A DNA stretch of 45,947 bases, from the NCBI GenBank assembly GCA_964472385.1, contig CAYYLT010000001.1, positions 1-45,947 on the forward strand, read 5' to 3'. Below are positions 1 to 8,471 of the stretch, piece by piece. A program made the translations under genes and the position numbers. The stretch is from an uncultured Bacteroidales bacterium. Its GTDB lineage: Bacteria > Bacteroidota > Bacteroidia > Bacteroidales > UBA12077. The notes under the pieces are model-generated. The model did not search any database. It was given only the letters and a program-made list of their open reading frames with translations, and was not told where the DNA came from. Every line of letters starts with the position of its first letter. The stretch's first letter is position 1.

Positions 1-30
1 GACTCATTATAAATTTTTTATCCTAGGTTT

Positions 31-2139
31 CTATACTAGTTCGATTTTACCCTTGGCTTTTTCAATGATGTCTTTTGCTATTTCTTTGGGTACCGGGGCA
101 AAATGCGAAAATTCCATGGTAGAGGTTGCCCGCCCCGATGTAATAGTTCTCAGAACTGTAACATAACCAAATTTTTCAGATAAAGGCACAGTAGCTTTGA
201 TGACCTTGGCGCTGCCTTTATTTTCCATACCTTCAACATTTCCCCGTCTTTTATTGAAATCGTCTATTACGTCACCCATATATTCTTCAGGTGTCACGAC
301 TTCAGCTTTCATGATGGGCTCCAGTAATATGGGTTTAGCTTTGACCAGCGCATTTCTGAATGCAATTTTTGCCACTGTTTCGAAAGATAGCTGATCGGAG
401 TCTACTTCGTGATAAGAGCCATCATAAAGGACAACTTTCAAATTGTCCATGGGATATCCTGCCAGAATACCGTTTAGCATGGCATTTTTAAATCCTTTTT
501 CAACGGATGGTATATATTCTTTAGGGATATTACCCCCTTTAACCTTATTTTCAAATTGAAGGCCTTTAATATCATCGTCTGTAGGACCAATCTTGATATA
601 GATTTCGGCAAATTTCCCCCTGCCGCCGGTTTGCTTTTTAAATACTTCGTTATGATCGACCTCCTGGGTAATGGCTTCTTTGTAGTTAACCTGAGGAGCG
701 CCCTGGTTACAATCAATTTTAAATTCCCGTTTAAGTCTGTCCATGATAACTTCGAGGTGCAATTCTCCCATTCCGTTGATTACCGTTTGTCCGGAGTCAT
801 CGTCGGTATGTACGGTAAAAGTTGGGTCTTCTTCCGCGAGTTTAGCAAGAGCCACGGAGAGTTTATCATATTCTTTCTGTGTTTTGGGTTCTACTGCTAT
901 CCCGATTACGGGTTCAGGAAATTCAATGGATTCAAGAAGAATGGTTTTGTTGGAATCACACAGGGTGTCTCCTGTTCTAAGATCTTTAAAGCCAACAGCA
1001 GCACAAATGTCGCCGGCTTCAATTCTTTCTTTGGGATGCTGTTTGTTGGCATGCATCTGATATAACCGGTTCACCCTTTCCTTTTTTCCTGTCCTGGGGT
1101 TGTAAAGGGTTGATTTGGCTGTCAACACACCTGAATAAACCCTCATAAAAGCAAGTCTCCCAACATAAGGGTCGGTAGCAATCTTAAACACCAGCGCAGC
1201 GATCGGCTCTTCGGTATCGGGTTTACGGTAAAGTTTTTCGCTGGTATTGGGATGCATGCCTTCAATTGCACTAATGTCAAGTGGACTGGGCAGGAAAGAA
1301 ATGATTGCATCCAGTAGTTTTTGAATGCCTTTGTTTTTAAAGGCTGAACCACAGAGTACCGGTACAATACTCATGTCAATAGATGCTCTTCGTATGGCAT
1401 CCACCATATTTTCCCTGGATATGGAAGCGGGATCTTCAAAGAATTTTTCCAGCAGCGCATCATCGTATTCGGCAACCGCTTCAATCAGCTGATTTCTGTA
1501 TTTTTCAGCTTCCTCTTTTAATTCATCGGGAATATCCTGATATTCATAATTGGTTCCCAGGGTTTCATCATCAATCCAAATAACAGCTTTATTTTCAATA
1601 AGATCTATTACTCCTTTAAAAGTATCTCTGGAACCAATCGGTATTTGAAGCGGAATAGGATTGGCTTTGAGTTTATCCTTGATCTGGCTGACCACAGAAT
1701 AAAAATCCGCACCCTGTCGATCCATTTTGTTAACAAAAGCAATCTTGGGTACGCCATATTTATCGGCTTGATGCCAAACGGTTTCGGATTGGGGTTCAAC
1801 ACCACCGACGCCACAAAAGACAGCGATCGCTCCATCCAATACCCGAAGCGATCGTTCTACCTCCACTGTAAAATCAACGTGACCAGGAGTGTCAATGATG
1901 TTGATTTTATAATCTTGCTCTTCCCATTTCCAGAAACAGGTTGTAGCGGCAGATGTGATGGTAATACCCCGTTCTTGTTCCTGTACCATCCAATCCATCG
2001 TGGCATCTCCGTCATGCACTTCGCCAATCTTATGGGTGATACCGGCATAATAAAGCATCCGCTCGGTAGCGGTTGTCTTACCGGCATCTATATGTGCCAT
2101 TATTCCTATATTCCTTGTATATTTTAATGCTGTACTCAT
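31..2139 (-). CDS. fusA: translation elongation factor G
   Basis: 702-aa ORF with GTPase motifs [17 protein letters not shown] and NKMD; full EF-G length; lies downstream of rpsL-rpsG as in the str operon. Confidence 0.97.
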   Translation of the reverse strand: MSTALKYTRNIGIMAHIDAGKTTATERMLYYAGITHKIGEVHDGDATMDWMVQEQERGITITSAATTCFWKWEEQDYKINIIDTPGHVDFTVEVERSLRVLDGAIAVFCGVGGVEPQSETVWHQADKYGVPKIAFVNKMDRQGADFYSVVSQIKDKLKANPIPLQIPIGSRDTFKGVIDLIENKAVIWIDDETLGTNYEYQDIPDELKEEAEKYRNQLIEAVAEYDDALLEKFFEDPASISRENMVDAIRRASIDMSIVPVLCGSAFKNKGIQKLLDAIISFLPSPLDISAIEGMHPNTSEKLYRKPDTEEPIAALVFKIATDPYVGRLAFMRVYSGVLTAKSTLYNPRTGKKERVNRLYQMHANKQHPKERIEAGDICAAVGFKDLRTGDTLCDSNKTILLESIEFPEPVIGIAVEPKTQKEYDKLSVALAKLAEEDPTFTVHTDDDSGQTVINGMGELHLEVIMDRLKREFKIDCNQGAPQVNYKEAITQEVDHNEVFKKQTGGRGKFAEIYIKIGPTDDDIKGLQFENKVKGGNIPKEYIPSVEKGFKNAMLNGILAGYPMDNLKVVLYDGSYHEVDSDQLSFETVAKIAFRNALVKAKPILLEPIMKAEVVTPEEYMGDVIDDFNKRRGNVEGMENKGSAKVIKATVPLSEKFGYVTVLRTITSGRATSTMEFSHFAPVPKEIAKDIIEKAKGKIELV

Positions 2140-2184
2140 TGCGAACTCTGCTTTCCCGTTTTCTTATAGCCCATAATTAAATAA

Positions 2185-2661
2185 TTAAAACCTGAAATGC
2201 GCAAATGCCTTGTTGGCCTCAGCCATTCTGTGTATTTCTTCTTTTCTTTTGAATGCTCCTCCTTCTTCATTGTAAGCAGCCATAATTTCTGCAGCCAGTT
2301 TTTCTTCCATGCTTCTTCCGCTTCGTTGCCTGGCATATTTAATCAAATTTTTTATGCTTATGGAGGTCTTGCGTTCAGGATTTCCCTCCTGGGGTACCTG
2401 AAAAGTGGCACCGCCGATCCTTCGGCTTTTAACCTCAACCAAAGGAGCAACATTCTCCAGCGCTTTTTTCCATATATCTAAAGGACTATTGTCATCCTTC
2501 TTCATCCTTTCTCCAATAATATCCAGCGTATTATAGAATACGCTAAAAGCCAATGATTTTTTTCCGTCATACATCAGATCGTTCACGAATCGGGTGACCA
2601 GCATATCATTAAACTGAGGATCCGGTAAACGATCTTGTTGATTATTTTTAAATTTTCTCAT
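2185..2661 (-). CDS. rpsG: 30S ribosomal protein S7
   Basis: 158-aa ORF of typical S7 length and sequence, between rpsL and fusA. Confidence 0.96.
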   Translation of the reverse strand: MRKFKNNQQDRLPDPQFNDMLVTRFVNDLMYDGKKSLAFSVFYNTLDIIGERMKKDDNSPLDIWKKALENVAPLVEVKSRRIGGATFQVPQEGNPERKTSISIKNLIKYARQRSGRSMEEKLAAEIMAAYNEEGGAFKRKEEIHRMAEANKAFAHFRF

Positions 2662-2682
2662 TTTCTGACGCTACTTTTTGGA

Positions 2683-3057
2683 TTATTTTTTTGGTCTTTT
2701 AGTGCCATACTTGGATCTCCCCTGTAAACGGCCTTCAACACCCGAGCTGTCAAGTGTTCCTCTTACCAAATGGTATCGGACGCCCGGCAAATCTTTCACT
2801 CGGCCACCCCTTATCAATACCACAGAGTGTTCCTGTAGATTATGTCCCTCACCGGGTATATACGCATTGATCTCTTTTCCGTTTGTTAGCCTTACCCTTG
2901 CAATCTTTCGCATCGCTGAATTAGGTTTTTTGGGTGTGGTAGTATACACCCTGGTACAAACCCCCCGTTTCTGTGGACATGAATCCAAAGCCGGAGCTTT
3001 TTTCTTTTTCTCTGTTTGCTTTCGCCCTTTTCTAATTAACTGCTGAATTGTTGGCAT
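2683..3057 (-). CDS. rpsL: 30S ribosomal protein S12
   Basis: 124-aa ORF starting [12 protein letters not shown], with the conserved [11 protein letters not shown] segment. Confidence 0.97.
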   Translation of the reverse strand: MPTIQQLIRKGRKQTEKKKKAPALDSCPQKRGVCTRVYTTTPKKPNSAMRKIARVRLTNGKEINAYIPGEGHNLQEHSVVLIRGGRVKDLPGVRYHLVRGTLDSSGVEGRLQGRSKYGTKRPKK

Positions 3058-3101
3058 ATAATCAGTTTATTTTACTATATATCCTTTCCAAAATCGGTTC
3101 G

Positions 3102-3109
3102 CAAAGGTA
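3102..3109 (-). promoter_or_regulatory. candidate sigma-A -7 box (TACCTTTG) for rpsL-rpsG-fusA
   Basis: Exact match to the Bacteroidota TAnnTTTG consensus on the minus strand, about 45 nt upstream of the rpsL ATG. Confidence 0.4.
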
Positions 3110-3152
3110 TTTTTTTTTTAATAAATACCCAATTAATTTAAGATGAATTTAA

Positions 3153-3319
3153 CTCGAATTATTTACGAATAATTCTAACACGCTTTAAAAATCTGGTTTT
3201 TTGCGAAATGTAATGAAGCAAAAAGCCAGATTTTTGTAATGCGGGGTTACCTGGATCCTTCCCAAAAACCAATACATAATCATAAATTTTGCTCTCCTCG
3301 TTTATGAATAATCCAGGTT
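3153..3319 (+). repeat. intergenic repeat, variant family (copy H1)
   Basis: Ends in ATGAATAATCCAGGTT, like the right TIR of the main family. Contains a 16-bp A/T-rich stem-loop (3187-3235) and the module ATGCGGGGTTACCTGGATCCTTCCCAAAA (3239-3268), both also present at 8343-8467. Confidence 0.55.
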
Positions 3320-3621
3320 CAAATTTCTTCCTGTTTAATATCCCCTAAGGCAGATGACCTTTTATAAATATCGTAGAACTAAAGTATTAATTCGTGTGTG
3401 TCTATAAAGCCCGACTTCTTGGTTGTTGCTCAAAATCTAAATCTTCAAATAGACAAGTTATTATGCGGTTTAGATTTTGAACACGCCTTGAACTTTACAG
3501 AACAAACAATAGCGTCTATAGACAGACTCTATAATTAGAGAGGCGGCAAAAGTATAATGATTTTTTATATTTTCATAATTTTTGGATTACAAATCCCCAA
3601 TCGGGCTTATATTTTTCACAT

Positions 3622-3754
3622 AAAAGTTAGAGACAAAAAGTTAGGGCCAGACGAAAAAGTTAGAAGAAAAGCTAGGGACAGACGCATAAAAAGTTAGGGA
3701 CAGACGCATGAAAAGTTTGAATGTTAAAGTTAATGAAAGTTAGGGACAGACGTG
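3622..3754. repeat. degenerate tandem array, 8 units of AAAAGTTAGGGACAGACG
   Basis: Four full units (3635, 3667, 3688, 3736) alternate with four short units carrying only the AAAGTTA core. Core spacing is 10-22 bp. The array ends 11 nt from the purS stop codon. Confidence 0.8.
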
Positions 3755-3765
3755 AAATAGATATG

Positions 3766-4038
3766 CTATTCCTGGTCATATTCCTGGTCAGCTTCAATAG
3801 TATAGGAATAACCTTCCATTACGGGATTGGCCAGTATCTTTTCACATGCTTCATTTACTTGCTTCCTTGCATGAGCTTCATTTTCAGCTTCCAGGGAGAG
3901 GGTGATATGTTTTCCTATTCTTACGGAGGAAACTTCGGTAAAACCAAGTTTTTGCATGGTATGAAACACAGCTTTCCCCTGGGGATCTAAGAGATCTTTT
4001 AGCGGCATGATGTTGATATGGGCTAGATATTTTTCCAT
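3766..4038 (-). CDS. purS: phosphoribosylformylglycinamidine synthase subunit PurS
   Basis: 90-aa ORF with the PurS-typical LKDLLDPQGKAV motif and size. Confidence 0.88.
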   Translation of the reverse strand: MEKYLAHINIMPLKDLLDPQGKAVFHTMQKLGFTEVSSVRIGKHITLSLEAENEAHARKQVNEACEKILANPVMEGYSYTIEADQEYDQE

Positions 4039-4170
4039 TGGTATAAAGAGTTATTAAAGTTTTCTATTTCAGTATAATACGTATGACAAAATCGATACTC
4101 GTGCCTTACTCCCCATGGAACCTGCATGCTTTATTCATCTCCTTTTTATGAAGGTTCCTATATGAGGGTT

Positions 4171-4929
4171 TCATAGAATTCGCATTTTTAAAAGAGCTGA
4201 TACATGGTAAAAAAATGATAATAAAATGTATACCACAATGATGATGGGAATACTTATTTCTTGCAATAATACCAATAAAATGACAGAAATGATAATAAAC
4301 AGGTATTGAAATTTATTATCGTACCAGCTAAGATTGCGAAATTTGATGGCGAACATTTTCAATTCAGAGATCATGAGCAGTGAGAAAACCAGCATTAGGA
4401 TTATCCAAAAAAGAGGAGCATTCAAAAATTCAATACACCTAACCCAGGGGGTATATCGGAAAACATAAACTGATGATGCAAAAAAGAGGGCCATAGCTGG
4501 TGTGGGCAAACCCAAAAAAAAATCATGCTGCCGGGTATCTATGTTAAATTTGGCCAGCCGGAGTGCAGCCGCAACAGTTAATGTAAAAGGCAAGTAAATG
4601 ATCATTGTATTTGCGAAGCTCAGTAGGATTTGATCCTGCGCATCAAAATTTCCTGCATAGAGCCCATAAACATTTTTGTAGAGCAAAAAAGCAGGTGCAA
4701 TTCCAAAACTTACCATATCGGCCATGGAGTCGAGCTGGGCACCTACAGAAGAACAGGCATTTAAAAGCCGTGCAGCAAAACCATCCAGAAAATCCAATAT
4801 AGTAGCCAGGATAATCCATAAAACAGCAACATCCCAAAACTCAAGTGATGCCGATGCAATAGAAAGACAACCTGCCAGTATATTTAAAATGGTTAGCGTG
4901 TTGGGTATATGGATTATCATGCTTCTCAT
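4171..4929 (-). CDS. pssA: CDP-diacylglycerol--serine O-phosphatidyltransferase
   Basis: 252-aa polytopic membrane ORF with the CDP-alcohol phosphatidyltransferase motif DGFAARLLNACSSVGAQLDSMAD. Confidence 0.88.
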   Translation of the reverse strand: MRSMIIHIPNTLTILNILAGCLSIASASLEFWDVAVLWIILATILDFLDGFAARLLNACSSVGAQLDSMADMVSFGIAPAFLLYKNVYGLYAGNFDAQDQILLSFANTMIIYLPFTLTVAAALRLAKFNIDTRQHDFFLGLPTPAMALFFASSVYVFRYTPWVRCIEFLNAPLFWIILMLVFSLLMISELKMFAIKFRNLSWYDNKFQYLFIIISVILLVLLQEISIPIIIVVYILLSFFYHVSALLKMRIL

Positions 4930-5105
4930 ACCCTGAAAAATTTGGCAATAAATATCGCAAAAATAAGTTAATTTTGTAAAGTCTGTCTATAATATCCGCT
5001 GGCTGTATTATGTTTGTTTTGAATACCAGTTGTTTATATTTAGTACATTCCTGGTATTCAAAATGCGCTGGATTTGCCATCGAATCTATCACAAGAAACT
5101 TTTTT

Positions 5106-5320
5106 CCTGTATGATGCATAAAAAATGAATAAGACCTTGTAAGCCGAAGAATATTAGCGTTTTGCTTATTTTTTTAAAAAAATGTTTTTGTGTAATGTTT
5201 TGCGCGTGCGTCAACTTTTAGGCATCTGCTACGTTGCGAAAGCACCGAAGTAGACAACTATGTTGTCGGCTTTCGACGCCTTGCACCTACTCAAAACTTG
5301 ACGCATGAATAATACAGGCT
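5106..5320 (+). repeat. intergenic repeat superfamily, type I (copy A)
   Basis: TIR CCTGTATGATGCA...TGAATAATACAGGCT; head module AAAAAATGAATAAGACCTTGTAA; A/T-rich module; hairpin 5207-5305. Alignable with the copies at 6453, 12481, 26932 and 45150. Confidence 0.85.
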
Positions 5321-5339
5321 AAATAAATATTATCTAAGT

Positions 5340-6428
5340 ATGCACAAACCCTGGATCACCCTGCTTCTTATCCTACTGTTACCGTTATCGGGTTATACCC
5401 AGACTGCTAAATATAGCAATGCATTTCTTTCTATTGGCATTGGTGCTAAATCATTTGGGATGGCCAATGCAACCGTGGCCCATATCGATGATGTAACTTC
5501 CGGGTACTGGAATCCTGCAGGGTTATCCCAATTGGATAAACAATTTGAATTGGGTATCATGCACGCTGAATATTTTACCGGGATTGCCAAATATGATTAC
5601 CTTGGGGGAGCTATGAAAATTGATTCTTCCCAACATATTGGAGCTTCAATGATTCGTTTCGGTGTGGATAATATTCCCAATACAACGGAACTAATTGATA
5701 AACAAGGAAATATAGATTATAACAGAATTAGTTATTTTTCTGCTGTAGATTATGCTTTCTTTTTTTCATATGCCCGAAAGTCGTCGGTTCAAAATTTAAC
5801 CTATGGTGGGAATGCCAAAATAATTCACCGCACAATCGGTTCTTTTGCCAAGGCATGGGGTTTTGGATTGGATGTGGGTTTACATTACAGCATGAACCAA
5901 TGGCAATTTGGAGCTATGGCCAGAGATATAACCACTACTTTTAATGCATGGAATTACAATGAGGAAAGCCTTGCCATAGAGGTAAGGGACTCTGCATTCA
6001 ACCTTGCACCGGATAACAATATCGAATTAACCCTGCCTGAATTAACGCTTGGTGCTGCCTATCAGGTATCTTTGCCCAACAAGTTTGATGGATTGATGGA
6101 AATAAATTTGAACATGCTGACAGGAGGTAAGTATCATACTTTATTGTCCTCGGGAGTGCTTAGCATGGAACCCTGCTGGGGAATGGAAATCAGTTATGAC
6201 CAAATCCTGTTTCTTAGATTTGGTATTGGTAATTTCCAGCGTGTGCCTGGTATGGACGGGAATGAAAACCTCTCTTATCAACCCAATATAGGACTGGGTA
6301 TACAATACAAAGGTATTGCACTGGATTATGCCCTGACAGACCTGGGTGATCAATCTGCAGCGTTGTATTCCAATATTTTTACTTTACGCTATGCCTTTGA
6401 TGGGGATCATACGAAAAATCATCGATAA
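5340..6428 (+). CDS. PorV/PorQ-family T9SS-associated outer-membrane beta-barrel protein
   Basis: 362-aa ORF with a signal peptide. The N-terminal FLSIGIGAKSFGMANATVA...GYWNPAGL segment is typical of the PorV/PorQ family, and the C-terminus is aromatic-rich as in beta-barrels. Confidence 0.75.
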   Translation: MHKPWITLLLILLLPLSGYTQTAKYSNAFLSIGIGAKSFGMANATVAHIDDVTSGYWNPAGLSQLDKQFELGIMHAEYFTGIAKYDYLGGAMKIDSSQHIGASMIRFGVDNIPNTTELIDKQGNIDYNRISYFSAVDYAFFFSYARKSSVQNLTYGGNAKIIHRTIGSFAKAWGFGLDVGLHYSMNQWQFGAMARDITTTFNAWNYNEESLAIEVRDSAFNLAPDNNIELTLPELTLGAAYQVSLPNKFDGLMEINLNMLTGGKYHTLLSSGVLSMEPCWGMEISYDQILFLRFGIGNFQRVPGMDGNENLSYQPNIGLGIQYKGIALDYALTDLGDQSAALYSNIFTLRYAFDGDHTKNHR

Positions 6429-6452
6429 CCTTACCTTGATATCTTTTTTGTT

Positions 6453-6670
6453 AACCTGTATTGTTCACAAAAAATGAATAAGCTTTTGTAAACCATAGAA
6501 TGATAGTATTTTGCTCATTTTATTTAAAAATTTTATTTTTATGCATTGTTTGCGCATGGGTCAATTTTCAGGCACCTGCTGCGTTGCGAAAGCCTCGTAC
6601 TAGGCGTCTAAGGCGTCGGCTTTCGGCACCTTGCATCTGCCAAAAAGATGACGCATGAATAATACTGGTT
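6453..6670 (+). repeat. intergenic repeat superfamily, type I (copy B)
   Basis: TIR AACCTGTATTGTTCA...TGAATAATACTGGTT; same module order as copy A; hairpin 6557-6655. Confidence 0.85.
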
Positions 6671-6679
6671 AAGATATTG

Positions 6680-6687
6680 TATCTTTG
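6680..6687 (+). promoter_or_regulatory. candidate -7 box (TATCTTTG) for the HAD-like gene
   Basis: Exact TAnnTTTG match 18 nt upstream of the ATG at 6706 and just past the end of repeat copy B. Confidence 0.4.
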
Positions 6688-6705
6688 CATAAAGAACTTA
6701 TTTGT

Positions 6706-7119
6706 ATGAAAATTGCAGTAGACTTTGATGGAACCATCGTAGAGAACAGGTACCCTGATATTGGAAAGCCAAAGCTCTTTGCGTTTGAAACGCTTAAAGA
6801 ACTTCAGAAAAAAAAGTATCTATTAATCCTGTGGACATACAGGGCAGGTAAAGCGCTTGATGAAGCTGTTGAATTCTGTAAGGAAAATGGGGTGGAGTTT
6901 TATGCTGTCAATAAAAATTTTCCTGAAGAGCAGTATGACAATACGATTAGTCGAAAGATTGCTGCAGACATTTATATTGATGACAGAAATCTTGGTGGAT
7001 TCCCCGGATGGAGTGAAGTCTGGAAAATGATGAATCCGGATATCTATGAAAATGATGCTAATGATCAGGTTTTCCAAAAGTCCAGAAGATCCTTCATAAA
7101 AAAATTATTTGGCGGATAA
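6706..7119 (+). CDS. small HAD-superfamily hydrolase-like protein
   Basis: The ORF track starts at a TTG (6685) that lies inside the -7 box. The ATG at 6706 gives MKIAVDFDGTI, the HAD motif I DxDGT, and a later IDD motif. Confidence 0.7.
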   Translation: MKIAVDFDGTIVENRYPDIGKPKLFAFETLKELQKKKYLLILWTYRAGKALDEAVEFCKENGVEFYAVNKNFPEEQYDNTISRKIAADIYIDDRNLGGFPGWSEVWKMMNPDIYENDANDQVFQKSRRSFIKKLFGG

Positions 7120-7166
7120 ACCCAATTTCACCTGAACAATACGGTTCAATCAATTATGATACAAAC

Positions 7167-8267
7167 ATGAGACATTTGATCTTGTTCCTATCGTTAGCAT
7201 TTGTATTTTCTTGTTCCAAACAAAGGCCAAACACAACAGATAAGGAACAACACGCTATTTCTGAACAAAAAACAGCAACAGATCAGCCCCGGCTAACCCG
7301 TATTCATCTCAAGAATGAAAAGGATGATCTTACCGTGGGGGATTTTGTGCATTTAAGCTTATCTTATTCTGATTCGCTTAAGATAGATTCTGTAAGATCT
7401 TATAAAAATTCGAGACATCATCAAACGATGACTCAGGGAGTCAGAGAAATAAGGCTGTCAACCTCTGAGCTGCCTGTAGGCAATAATACCTTTAAGCTGG
7501 AAATTTTTCTTCATAACCATAGCAAGGAGACCCATTATAAAACTGTCAAATTGCTTTCGGATATTCAACCCCGGAAACTTACTGTAAAAAGAGAAAAGAC
7601 TTATCCGCATGATCCTAATGCCTATACCCAGGGATTGTTCTATTACAATGGATATTTATACGAAGGAACCGGTAAAAGGGGGAGGTCTTCGCTCCGGAAA
7701 ACAGAGCTTTCAAGCGGTGAACTGATCAGCAGCCATACATTACCTGACCGTTATTTCGGAGAAGGCATTGCCATGATCAATGAGAAAATCATTCAACTTA
7801 CCTGGACCTCAAGGACAGGTTTTGTATACGACTTAAATAGCTTCAAACTGGTCAATAAGGTTAAATATCCTACCCAGGGCTGGGGGCTTACATCTGATGG
7901 TAAGAGGCTTATAATGAGTGATGGAACCTCTACCATCTATTTTCTCGACCCGGCATATTTTAATGAGATCAGGCGGATCAAGGTATATGATGACCAGGGA
8001 CCGGTAAAAAATCTGAATGAACTGGAATATATCGATGGTAAAGTATATGCCAATGTATGGCAGGAATCCAATATCATTACTTTCAATCCTGACAATGGTA
8101 AGGTTTTGGAAAAGATTGACTGCAGCAACATTGTGCCTGATGCGTATAAAAACCATAAAGATAATGTTTTGAATGGAATTGCTTATGACAGAGAAAAACA
8201 ACGGATTTTTCTTACGGGTAAGCGTTGGAGTAAGCTTTTTCAGGTAAAAATATTGGAACCGCAATAA
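7167..8267 (+). CDS. glutaminyl-peptide cyclotransferase (plant-type beta-propeller QC), lipoprotein with N-terminal extra domain
   Basis: 366 aa. Lipobox LAFVFSC. C-terminal ~260 aa carry QC-family motifs (YPHDPNAYTQGL, YEGTGKRGRSSL, FGEGI, EGWGLT-like, LNGIAYD). Confidence 0.85.
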   Translation: MRHLILFLSLAFVFSCSKQRPNTTDKEQHAISEQKTATDQPRLTRIHLKNEKDDLTVGDFVHLSLSYSDSLKIDSVRSYKNSRHHQTMTQGVREIRLSTSELPVGNNTFKLEIFLHNHSKETHYKTVKLLSDIQPRKLTVKREKTYPHDPNAYTQGLFYYNGYLYEGTGKRGRSSLRKTELSSGELISSHTLPDRYFGEGIAMINEKIIQLTWTSRTGFVYDLNSFKLVNKVKYPTQGWGLTSDGKRLIMSDGTSTIYFLDPAYFNEIRRIKVYDDQGPVKNLNELEYIDGKVYANVWQESNIITFNPDNGKVLEKIDCSNIVPDAYKNHKDNVLNGIAYDREKQRIFLTGKRWSKLFQVKILEPQ

Positions 8268-8342
8268 ACTAGTATGCTGCATGTTTGGTTAAAATTGCCA
8301 TATTTTTGCCTGCATTTTTCGTAAATAAACGATGTGAAGTAT

Positions 8343-8467
8343 ATGAATGCGGGATGTTTTGGGAGGTGGATGCAGGCAACCCCGCATAAGAAAAACCTGC
8401 TTTTGCGAAAATTAATGAAGTAAAAAACCGGGTTTTTCAATAGCAACCTATTTCTGGATAATTCGGG
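8343..8467. repeat. intergenic repeat, variant family (copy H2)
   Basis: Shares the stem-loop (8391-8437) and the GGGGTTRCCTGSATCC module (8357-8387, inverted) with 3153-3319. Confidence 0.55.
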
Positions 8468-8471
8468 ATAG

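Noticed and set aside
3313-3335. tRNA T-arm-like GGTTCAAAT motif
   Set aside because: The flanks do not form a 5-bp T stem, and no acceptor, D or anticodon arms can be drawn. The motif sits inside the A/T-rich repeat end.
3622-3754. Possible CRISPR array, either this tandem array or the dispersed 200-bp repeats
   Set aside because: Units are 10-23 bp with no unique spacers of regular length. The larger repeats are kilobases apart in separate intergenic regions. No cas genes are present.
5125-5142. Conserved 5-codon mini-ORF in the repeat head: MNKTL here, MNKLL at 6474 and on the minus strand of copy D, MNKPL at 45171
   Set aside because: The ATGAATAA is one arm of the TTATTCA/TGAATAA end hairpin, so its conservation is explained at the DNA level. 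The ORF is destroyed in copies C and E, and the fourth codon varies non-synonymously.
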